DNA of 64,000 nt from Anolis carolinensis (taxonomy: Eukaryota): contig NC_085842.1 of NCBI RefSeq assembly GCF_035594765.1, positions 78,344,782-78,408,781 on the forward strand, given 5' to 3'. Of the stretch, positions 11,394 to 19,941 are shown one piece after another. Positions within the stretch are counted from its first letter, which is position 1; the number at the start of each line of letters is the position of its first letter. The notes under the pieces are model-generated. The model did no database searches and was not told the origin of the DNA. It worked only from the letters and a program-made list of their open reading frames with translations. The position numbers were made by a program, and so were the translations under genes.

Positions 11394-11659
11394 ATTAAAC
11401 AGGAAGACTAACAGAAGATAGTAGAGCGGAGGTCCATCCCCCTCCCCTTCCCCACCCCACTCTAAGGGCCCTTTACCTATTATTTTCCCTTTCCCTCCCC
11501 ACAGGTCTGGTCTCCCCACGCACTACCCACCCCTTCCCCTCCCCTCCCTTAATTCCCTGTCCCATAACCTACCTCTCCACCCACCTTTTCCCTTAGACGA
11601 TAAGTGTTATCTGGAAATTCTTTAATAAAGATCATTTAAAAAAAGAAAATAGAGGCCTG

Positions 11660-12404
11660 GTACCGAACCGATGACGAAGCCTTGGAATGGCTCAAGCATC
11701 ACCCTGACCCAAACTCCATGGTGGTAAAGGCCTCCCAATCGTCGGGTCGACAGTCCAACTCCCCTGCCGACAGGGAAGGTAAACGATTCGATGCGGTAGG
11801 CCGCAAGCTGTACTCCGGCGTTCTCCTCCTTTGCCGTATGGCGAACTACGGGGCCTGCATGGGCGCTTATCAACAGATCCTCAGGGGAAAAGCCCAACCT
11901 TTCTTCGCCAAACTTTCTGACGAAGACCGGTCAGTCCTTTCGACCCTCCAACAGGAGGCGGACTCCCTCGCACACCACCAAATTCAAATGGCTAAACATA
12001 CCGGTGATACCGCCGGAAAAATGATTGCCCACGCAGTCGCGATCAGACGGCATGCATGGCTTCGGTCCTCAGGACTCTCTTCTTCCTCTCAACAAGTGAT
12101 CGAAGACCTTCCTTTCGACACCCAGGGCCTTTTCAATTCTGGTACTGATGACAAACTGAAGTCCAATCACGACTTCAAGATTCTCGCAACAAAGTGCGGG
12201 ACCGATCAACCTCAGACTCAGCGGACCCGATGGTTCCCGCAACGGTACCGTCGCTACCCTCAGCCTTTTCGTCACCAGCCGTTTCGACGCTCGTCGAGCT
12301 CGAGTCACCACAGTCATCAGCAACAACCTCGCCGCCAGCACCAGGTTCCGAAAGGTCGGGGCAAGGGTGCTGCAGCTATGCCACAACCCCAACGACGGGC
12401 CTGA
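11660..12404 (+). CDS. DIRS ORF1 (gag-like, LAP2alpha-related domain), C-terminal part
   Basis: Removing the L1 and one TSD copy gives ...SKKIEAWYRTDDEALEWLKHHP... in frame (685 aa in total); RRHAWLRSS and DLPFD motifs. Confidence 0.88.
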
Positions 12405-13948
12405 CGCCCACTCTCTCTCTTTTCTACCTTCACTGCTACTGCCACTGCCATGCCGTTCCTAGGCCCCGACCAGATCCTTCCTCTCTGCTCTTTCCTCGAT
12501 CGCCTAGCTCCTTTCTACCGCGAATGGGAGTCTATAACCTCAGATGCCTGGGTTCTTCGCATTGTCAGAGACGGCTATGCCTTGGAATTCGAAACTTTGC
12601 CCCCCACGGGTCACATCCTCCACACCGACCCTTCACCGGAAATATGCTCCGAGGTCGACTCCCTTCTGGCGAAGGGCGCAATCCAGCCTTCTCCTTCCGA
12701 GCAGGACACTCAAGGTTTCTTCTCGAGATACTTTACGGTTCCCAAACGGGGCGGAGTTCTTCGGCCTATCCTCGACCTGCGAGCCCTAAACCTCTTCATT
12801 CTGCCTTCAAAATTTCGAATGGTCTCGGTGGCCTCCATTCTCCCGATGCTCCGACACGGAGACTACTTTGCCTCTATAGACTTACGCGATGCGTATTTCC
12901 ACGTCTCGGTGCGTCGATCCCACAGACGCTTCCTTTCCTTCAAGCTCCTGGGACAGTCTTACCAGTTCACAGTTCTCCCTTTCAGCCTCGTCACGGCCCC
13001 AAGGGTCTTTACGAAGGTGGTCGCCGTGGTGGCAGCGCACCTCAGAAAACAGGGCATAATGGTCTTTCCTTATCTGGACGATTGGATGATTGTCGCGTCC
13101 GACCCCTCATCCCTTCAAAACCACGTCTCTCAAGCTCTTTCTCTTCTACAACGGCTGGGCCTTCAGTTGAATGTCTCAAAGTCCCAACTCCTCCCGACCA
13201 CAGAGATCCGCTTCATCGGAGCTCTCTTCAACTCCATCGCGGAAACCGCCTCCCTACCGAAGGACAGGTTCCTAGCCCTTCAACAACACCTTTCTCTCCT
13301 CCTCCGCAACCGCAGGATCCGAGCCCACTCTGTCCAAGTTCTTCTGGGTCACATGGCCTCCACGGTCATGGTTACTCCTTTCGCCAGACTACATCTCAGA
13401 CCTCTCCAAAGATGGTTTATAGACTCTTTCAAACCCCATCGGCATCCGAGCTCAATGTTTCTCACGGTACCGAACCAGGTTCGCCTCTCCCTTCGTTGGT
13501 GGCAGGACCCAGCGAACGTTTGTGTGGGACTTCCCTTCCATCCCTCCCTCCCGTCAGTCACCATCACGACCGACGCCTCCAATTTTGCGTGGGGAGCCCA
13601 CATGTCAAACCTCACCGTCAGGGACCTTTGGTCCATCCAAGAGAAGTCTCACCACATAAACTTTCTAGAACTGTTATCAATCTTCAAAGCCCTCCGGGCG
13701 TTTGCTCGCTTTCTTCCCCACAAGACTGTTCTGATACAAACGGACAATGTAGTAGCTATGTACTACATCAACAAACAAGGGGGTACGGGCTCGAGAAAAC
13801 TGATGACTCTCTCGATGGACATTTGGCTATGGTGCATAGCGAGACACATAACCCTGTCGGCGGTTCACCTTCCGGGGGCTCAAAACACGCTAGCAGACTC
13901 TCTAAGCAGAATAACAACCTCCCCCCACGAGTGGCGTCTCGATCCTGA
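12194..13948 (+). CDS. DIRS overlapping alternative-frame ORF, inferred N-terminal extension of the YR ORF (first ATG at 12230)
   Basis: 584 stop-free codons in the -1 frame over RT; same frame relation as YR to the methylase domain after the frameshift. Confidence 0.65.
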   Translation: MRDRSTSDSADPMVPATVPSLPSAFSSPAVSTLVELESPQSSATTSPPAPGSERSGQGCCSYATTPTTGLTPTLSLFYLHCYCHCHAVPRPRPDPSSLLFPRSPSSFLPRMGVYNLRCLGSSHCQRRLCLGIRNFAPHGSHPPHRPFTGNMLRGRLPSGEGRNPAFSFRAGHSRFLLEILYGSQTGRSSSAYPRPASPKPLHSAFKISNGLGGLHSPDAPTRRLLCLYRLTRCVFPRLGASIPQTLPFLQAPGTVLPVHSSPFQPRHGPKGLYEGGRRGGSAPQKTGHNGLSLSGRLDDCRVRPLIPSKPRLSSSFSSTTAGPSVECLKVPTPPDHRDPLHRSSLQLHRGNRLPTEGQVPSPSTTPFSPPPQPQDPSPLCPSSSGSHGLHGHGYSFRQTTSQTSPKMVYRLFQTPSASELNVSHGTEPGSPLPSLVAGPSERLCGTSLPSLPPVSHHHDRRLQFCVGSPHVKPHRQGPLVHPREVSPHKLSRTVINLQSPPGVCSLSSPQDCSDTNGQCSSYVLHQQTRGYGLEKTDDSLDGHLAMVHSETHNPVGGSPSGGSKHASRLSKQNNNLPPRVASRS

Positions 13949-15368
13949 AATCCGTCTTCGACGATTGGGGCTGGCCAGCTCTGGACCTTTTTGCCTCCCC
14001 CTCGAACGCTCAACTTCCTCGCTTCGGAGCAAGACTACCTCCAAACTCGACTCCGGGCTGTCTCGGAGACGCGTTTCTCCTCGACTGGACCCTCGAGCCC
14101 GTCTATCTTTTTCCTCCCTTCCCTCTCATCTCGAGGGTAATAGAGAGAGACTATCTAACGCCAACATCGACCATCCTGATCGCCCCTGCATGGCCACGCC
14201 AGCCGTGGTACCCAACTCTACTCCGGATGTGTGCGGATCCTCCCCGCACTCTCCCAACTCTCCCTCATCTACTATCTTCACAGAAGGGACAGGTCCTCCA
14301 CCCCGACATCCCGTCCCTACACCTGACTGCCTGGAGGATACTTCCTTAAATTCTCTCCACCCAGACCTGCAGGCGATCCTTCGTGCCGCCCATAAGCCAG
14401 CCACGTCAAGGGCCTATGCTTACAAGCTTGCAAAATTCCAAACTTTCCTTCGGGACCGACACGTCGATCCCGCCTCTACTTCGATCCCGCTGGTCCTGGA
14501 CTTCCTACTTTCTCTTGCAGATCGTCAACTCTCTCTGGCCTCGATAAAATCCTATCTCGCTGCTCTCTCCTGGCATTTCCAACGTCAGAGACAACCCTCT
14601 CTCTTTTCTAACAACCTCATTAAGACCTTTCTTCGAGGTTACAACAACCTGCACCCTCCAGTTCAACCTCCGACTCCCGGATGGAGCCTCGAACTCGTCC
14701 TTTCTCAACTAGCTTCAGCTCCCTTTGAACCTATGGCCTCTGCAGACCTTCACCTTCTCTCTTGGAAGACTGCCTTCCTAATCACTATCACCTCTGCGTG
14801 CAGGTCTTCGGAACTGGCTGCTCTTCGGGTGGACGAACCCTACCTCCGTTTCCACCACGACAGGGCTGTTCTTCGCCCGGACATCACCTTCCTACCTAAG
14901 GTGGTCTCTGCTTTTCACCTTAACCAGGACATAATACTTCCTGCTTTCTTTCCTAATCCTTCTTCTTCTTTGGAGCGGAGACTTCATCTCCTGGATGTCA
15001 GGAGAGCCCTCCTTTTCTACAAAGACAGGACTAAGGACATACGTAAGTCACCTAGACTGTTTGTGGCTTACGCTACCCATAAGCTGGGCGAACCACTTTC
15101 TTCTCAAAGACTCTCACACTGGATTGCTCAGACTATCGAACTCGCTTACCAGCTGGCTAAACGCCAACCCCCCTCTTCGATCCGCCCTAGATCAACGAGG
15201 GGCCTTTCCACCTCTACTGCCTTCCTGAGGGGCGTCCCTCTCGACTCCATCTGTCGAGCGGCTATCTGGTCCACTCCATCCACCTTTGTTTCACACTACA
15301 GGATGGACTCAAAGAACCTCAAGGACTCGGCCTTTGCCAGGTCTATCCTTTCCTCCTGCCTTGCCTAA
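12450..15368 (+). CDS. DIRS RT-RNaseH read in frame into the tyrosine recombinase (972 aa; fusion caused by a frameshift near 13945)
   Basis: RPILDLR, SIDLRDAYFH, LPFSL and YLDD (RT); TDAS/ELL/QTDN/ADSLSR (RNaseH); RSSEL, FLPKV, RSTR, W and HY (YR). Confidence 0.9.
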   Translation: MPFLGPDQILPLCSFLDRLAPFYREWESITSDAWVLRIVRDGYALEFETLPPTGHILHTDPSPEICSEVDSLLAKGAIQPSPSEQDTQGFFSRYFTVPKRGGVLRPILDLRALNLFILPSKFRMVSVASILPMLRHGDYFASIDLRDAYFHVSVRRSHRRFLSFKLLGQSYQFTVLPFSLVTAPRVFTKVVAVVAAHLRKQGIMVFPYLDDWMIVASDPSSLQNHVSQALSLLQRLGLQLNVSKSQLLPTTEIRFIGALFNSIAETASLPKDRFLALQQHLSLLLRNRRIRAHSVQVLLGHMASTVMVTPFARLHLRPLQRWFIDSFKPHRHPSSMFLTVPNQVRLSLRWWQDPANVCVGLPFHPSLPSVTITTDASNFAWGAHMSNLTVRDLWSIQEKSHHINFLELLSIFKALRAFARFLPHKTVLIQTDNVVAMYYINKQGGTGSRKLMTLSMDIWLWCIARHITLSAVHLPGAQNTLADSLSRITTSPHEWRLDPEIRLRRLGLASSGPFCLPLERSTSSLRSKTTSKLDSGLSRRRVSPRLDPRARLSFSSLPSHLEGNRERLSNANIDHPDRPCMATPAVVPNSTPDVCGSSPHSPNSPSSTIFTEGTGPPPRHPVPTPDCLEDTSLNSLHPDLQAILRAAHKPATSRAYAYKLAKFQTFLRDRHVDPASTSIPLVLDFLLSLADRQLSLASIKSYLAALSWHFQRQRQPSLFSNNLIKTFLRGYNNLHPPVQPPTPGWSLELVLSQLASAPFEPMASADLHLLSWKTAFLITITSACRSSELAALRVDEPYLRFHHDRAVLRPDITFLPKVVSAFHLNQDIILPAFFPNPSSSLERRLHLLDVRRALLFYKDRTKDIRKSPRLFVAYATHKLGEPLSSQRLSHWIAQTIELAYQLAKRQPPSSIRPRSTRGLSTSTAFLRGVPLDSICRAAIWSTPSTFVSHYRMDSKNLKDSAFARSILSSCLA
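13945..14349 (+). pseudogene. DIRS DNA N6-adenine methylase-like domain, out of frame with RT
   Basis: Manual translation: LKSVFDDWGWPALDLFASPSNAQLPRF...DAFLLDW...YLFPPFPLISRV...ILIAPAWPRQPWYP...LHPDIPSLHLTAWRILP*. Confidence 0.85.
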
Positions 15369-15784
15369 CGTTGTTGCCTTACTCAAAACCAGTTTTTTTT
15401 GGTTATCCTTCTTACAAGCTGACCGCTGTCATTCAGCCTTTATGTACACGATATGTTCATGGGTTCATTAACGTAGTGCTTGTGTACTATACTTACCCAC
15501 TACACTGAAATGTATTTCATGAATACCTCTACCTCTGTTTTCAGGAAATGGGTCTATACTTACCTCTGTATTTTCTTACAGACTATCGCTCACATACAAT
15601 GTTGTGATTGTGTTCTGGGTCCTAATAACAAGGATCGGTTTTTTTGCACTATATGCTGTTGCATCGTTTTCTTTGACTGTTGCACTTGCTTGTTTTTGCA
15701 CCTTGTGCTCAATAAATGTGTTGTTTGGACACTAGACTGGTTATCGGGTTTGCTATCCCACCTACCTACACCTCAGCTTGCTAG

Positions 15785-15879
15785 TCTCCATTAGTGTGCA
15801 TTCACAGAGTACACGAAGAAAAAGGACAGGTTGCTTATCTGTAACCGTGTTTCTTCGAGTGTACTCTGTGAATTCACAC
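15785..15879 (+). repeat. DIRS internal complementary region (ICR)
   Basis: 15785-15823 is complementary to the 5' end (4974-5012); 15824-15879 is complementary to the 3' end (16071-16126) with one mismatch. Confidence 0.93.
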
Positions 15880-15927
15880 AATCCCGCCCTTCCTTCCCCA
15901 CATGCAAACCTCTCCCTTTCTCGCTGC

Positions 15928-16130
15928 CTTTGCGGCGTAGGAACTGGAGAGCGGACGCGGAGGGCGCCCTTTATACCCTCTGGGGAGAGGAGCGGGGTTA
16001 CCGCCAAATTTCAAACTTTAGCTTGGAAGAGTATCCGTTGGAGCCTGCGCAGGCGCAGCGTTCTCCATTAGTGTGAATTCACAGAGTACACTCGAAGAAA
16101 CACGGTTACAGGTAAGCAACCTGTCCGTTT
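15928..16130 (-). repeat. DIRS right inverted terminal repeat plus ~30-nt 3' extension ending in TTT
   Basis: Inverted copy of the left ITR; extension 16101-16130 matches the right half of the ICR. Confidence 0.93.
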
Positions 16131-16523
16131 CTGGGGTGGATCACTATATTAATACACAGAGTGCACCGAGAAATATATTGAGTGTATTTACCAAGCACAC
16201 TGGCATATTAAATATGTTGGCAAATCAACCTCATGTGCTTAATCCAGAAGCAAACTAGTTGAACAATAAAACAAGATAATGTATTTTTAAAAATATTTCA
16301 TTAAAATTGACTTAATTTTTCCAATGACGTGGAATATTGAAGGCAAATGTAGAAAGTCATATTCTTTGAAACTGGATGCAAAAATAACTCAATCCTGCAT
16401 TCAAGTAGAGTTCAATATAACATAAGTCAAACACAATTATCAAGTCATATGTAGAAGCACCTTTACTACCTTTATTTCGTTTATTTCCAACAAATCGTAG
16501 GACTTTCAGATGGCACAGAAACA

Positions 16524-16591
16524 GTCCTGTGTGTTCTTAAGGTTTCAAGGTCCTGTGTGTTCTTAAGGTTTCAGTCCTGTGTGTTCTTAAG
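16524..16591 (+). repeat. Tandem triplication of a ~24-26-bp unit GTCCTGTGTGTTCTTAAGGTTTCA
   Basis: Copies start at 16524, 16550 and 16574 (third is partial). Confidence 0.9.
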
Positions 16592-16633
16592 CTTGGAATA
16601 ACACTTCAGTTTTCTGTACATTTTGAAACACAG

Positions 16634-16701
16634 GTGTTATGGGTCAGAATGTTTCCTCGATGGTGGGAGCCTCAGCATCAGGAAATCCATTTGGACAGCA
16701 A
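16634..16701 (+). CDS. PBRM1: Polybromo-1 short exon (GVMGQNVSSMVGASASGNPFGQQ)
   Basis: cacag acceptor and gtaagt donor; aligns to recalled GVMNQGVAPMVGTPAPGGSPYGQQ; phases fit neighbouring exons. Confidence 0.9.
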
Positions 16702-17667
16702 GTAAGTGAATGAGGAAATCCTATATTTTTTTTTAAGTTTTCCTTTTTGGATAACTTTTACTTCAGTGATAATGGTGGGTGCATTTTATTTCCCTGATTT
16801 TGAATTTATCTAGCCTGGGATTGAATAGTTGCAGTTCAGGTATATACAAACTGCATCAACAGAAGTTTGCATGGCCATCTTTCAGCAATGCTTTAGTTGT
16901 GTATTCCTGCATGGAAAGGGGATGAAATTGCCAATATCAAATGGATTCCTAGATGCCAGAAGAGTTTAGCAACATAATAAGGAAGCTAGGGATGAGGGAA
17001 GGATTAGCAATTTTCTTTAAAAAAAAATCTTTCTCATTGTACATTTCTAGCATTGGTCCCTGCCTCCCTGTATCCAGAAAATCCATGGGACCTGTGGAAA
17101 ATTCATTATAACAAAATTCCAGATTCTGTAAAAAAAATGATCAAACCTCACTCTCCATATGTGAAAACCATTCAGTTATACAGTTTTCAAATAAGTAGTT
17201 GTGTTAGTCTGTTGCAGTAAGAATAATTCGGGGGAAAATAATCTAGCAGCACCTTTAAGATTAAGATTGATTATATAATATATTGATTTATATTTTAGCC
17301 AGGGCTTTTCTGATACTATAGTTGTATCTCCTCAAAGTTGTTGTCTATTTCTGATCATCTCTATCTACTAAAACTAGTGCTAAAATAGAAACCAATATTA
17401 AAGGTGCTGCTATAATCCGTTTTTTCTTCTCCGTTTCTTTCCCCCTTTTTGTTTAATCAGATGGCAATAAGACATATGGGCTTTTTGAAATAAATCTCAG
17501 AGTAACTTACTTAGATACAAACACTGGGTTATCTTGGTATAGGATTTGAAATACTTGGGGGCATTGGTTTTTTCAGCTGCCCATTGCTGAATGTGATCTT
17601 GAAATTTTCAAACTATTTTAACCTAGATTGTCATATGTGTTCTTTGTGTTGCTTGTTATTTTTCCAG

Positions 17668-17884
17668 ATGGGTATCCTTGGTCCATCTGGGCAGCAGGCA
17701 CCACCCCCCTATCCTGGTCAAAATCCAGGAAACCAACAGGTCATGCAACAGCCTACAACTCCCATGTTTGTCTCTCCTCCACCAAAGACCCAGAGACTTC
17801 TTCACTCAGAGGCTTATTTGAAATACATTGAGGGTCTTAGTGCTGATTCAAGTAGCATTAGTAAGTGGGACCAGACCCTTTCAG
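17668..17884 (+). CDS. PBRM1: Polybromo-1 penultimate coding exon (MGILGPSGQQAPPPYP...RLLHSEAYLKYIEGL...WDQTLS)
   Basis: ttccag/gtaaga boundaries; conserved C-terminal motif. Confidence 0.96.
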
Positions 17885-19768
17885 GTAAGAACATTTGGAT
17901 TATACACAAACTCTAAAAAAAATTTTAAGAGACTCTTTCATTCCATTATGGCTGTGCTATACAAAAAAATTCTCAGTTGCTGTTTCACAATTATATCCTC
18001 ATAGACCTGGGCAGGAAAATGATCTGGGAATACAGCAGGAATAAATTACAATTTCTGGTACAATTGGTCATAGGATGTTTAATAATGAAGACTACATTAT
18101 TTTTAAATCAAATGGCCTTGTTTGATTTTAAAATAAGTTATTTGTTATATCTTTTATCTGTTATATAACAAATGTAAACTGAAAACAACAGTAAATCCCA
18201 TATTAGATGTAGACTAGTTTAGAATTTGACCAAAATCCAATTGCAAGTCTCAGCTATAGTAAATTTCTTGACTCACATTGTTGAATGGTTAATCAGTAGT
18301 CACGTAACTCCTGTTGCTTCAGAGAGTGTAGTTGAGACTTGCAGTTGGGCTTTATCTTAATACACCAGTACAAAATTGTGCCTGTAGTAGTTCGGGTTCT
18401 TACAATATGCTCCCATTTCAAACATGATGTAGAACTGAATTGTACGTAGTCTTTTAGCATTGACTCTTATCACTAGCTGTTTCAATAGATAAAAAGAATT
18501 TCTATAAATTTCTTTTATCTGTCGAAACAGGCCTGATTCCTCATTTCTATCCCTGAGATTAAGAGACTGAGAGTCCTTCCTACTCCTACTTGTCAATTAG
18601 TTTCTAGATTCCGTCTGGGATCATGTTTATGAACTTCTGGGCCACCTTAGCGCCCAACCAGACAGGCTGAGTTAACATCAGCATTCCACTAAAGAATACT
18701 GATGTACTGGATTCTTAGGACATTTATATGGGAAATTGGGAGACTCTTTAGTGATATTTCAGGCTAGAAATGCACCCCTATGCTCAGTGGACATTTTGGA
18801 ACATTCCAGGGCAAAAAGAAAGTTTTGGGGAAACCATTTCAAACATTGTTTTTGACTCATGGAAGGCTCAGGGGACCTCCAAACATAGTAGAAACACCCT
18901 CTACACACACCAGAATGGTTTTGTAAGCATTCTAAAGGGAAATAAACTGTTTGGCAAAAATTGATATTTTTTTACCTAGAGGCCACCACACTCTGGCCTT
19001 CCTGATCTATAATTTTTTTTAAAGTTGGTAAGTTTATGTGTACTCTATATTTTTGCTACCAAATATTTCTTAACTTTACATGTGGTGTTGAGCAGCACTG
19101 TCCCATTTTTATAGTTATGGGAATGAAGCATTAAAAAAAGACCTCTCCCACTAAGTAGAGAACAGGGAGGCCTAGTGATTTTTACTATTTCCTCCTGCAT
19201 TCTATTATGTAATTCAGAACTCTATTATGGTGGGTTAAGAAGCCATGCAGGGCAGATGAAGGCTGGTGAACATTTCTCTTTCAGCAATATTGGAAACAGT
19301 AAAAAAAAAAAACCAACAACATAAGGGCTGAGAGCTGTAGCCCCTAGGAATCCTGCAACTCTCCCTGCCCTTATCCCCTTAATGATTCCTTTGTTGAGTT
19401 GTGTTACTGGGCCTCAGGATTGCCTCTGAAATGTGGACTTGTGGCTGTGCTGATGTGTGGGTTCATTACTATTGTACACATGGCCTACCTCCAATTTAGG
19501 ACTTAGCAAACAGCCAGAGTTGGGTTTTAAACAACAATTATGGGATTATTGAACACAAAAGTAAAATATATTAAATTCTAATAATCTATTCTTTAGGCTT
19601 TCCAATACCATAGGTAGTTCTTGGTTCTTTCTTAAATCCAAACTTTTATCAGTTCAACATCCATCTTGTGTCAGCTTTTTAAATTGCTGCATTTATATTC
19701 CCAGTGATTGTATAAATAAGTAATTTAAGCAAAGGAGTCCTATGACTGCACAACCTTTATTCTTTCAG

Positions 19769-19941
19769 CACGAAGACGTGATGTCCACCTCTCGAAAGAA
19801 CAAGAGAGCCGCCTACCTACACACTGGTTGAAAAGCAAAGGGGCCCATACCACAATGGCAGATGCACTGTGGCGCCTTCGAGACTTGATGTTGAGAGATA
19901 CGCTCAATATTCGTCAGGCATACAACATAGAAAATGTTTAA
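19769..19941 (+). CDS. PBRM1: Polybromo-1 last coding exon (ARRRDVHLSKEQESRLPTHWL...RQAYNIENV*)
   Basis: tttcag acceptor; TAA at 19939-19941; matches recalled PBRM1 C-terminus. Confidence 0.96.

Larger units (their letters stand above)
6489..11642 (+). mobile_element. LINE-1 (L1 clade) element with intact ORF1 and ORF2, 92-nt 5' leader, C-rich 3'UTR, AATAAA 11624-11629 and short A tail
   Basis: Perfect 17-bp TSD AAGAAAATAGAGGCCTG at 6472-6488 and 11643-11659; A-rich sense strand. Confidence 0.96.
4973..16130 (+). mobile_element. Full-length DIRS1-type tyrosine-recombinase retrotransposon (~6.0 kb net) interrupted by a LINE-1
   Basis: Inverted terminal repeats, internal complementary region, TTT termini, gag, RT/RNaseH, methylase-like and YR coding regions. 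Confidence 0.96.

Noticed and set aside
12450-15368. 972-aa RT-RNaseH-YR ORF as a new native retroelement architecture
   Set aside because: The intact methylase-like domain in the +1 frame and the overlapping ORF ending at the same point indicate a frameshift in a standard DIRS1 layout. Kept only as a copy-specific finding.
16524-16591. Repeat resembling a CRISPR array
   Set aside because: No unique spacers, no cas genes and a vertebrate intron context; it is a simple tandem duplication.
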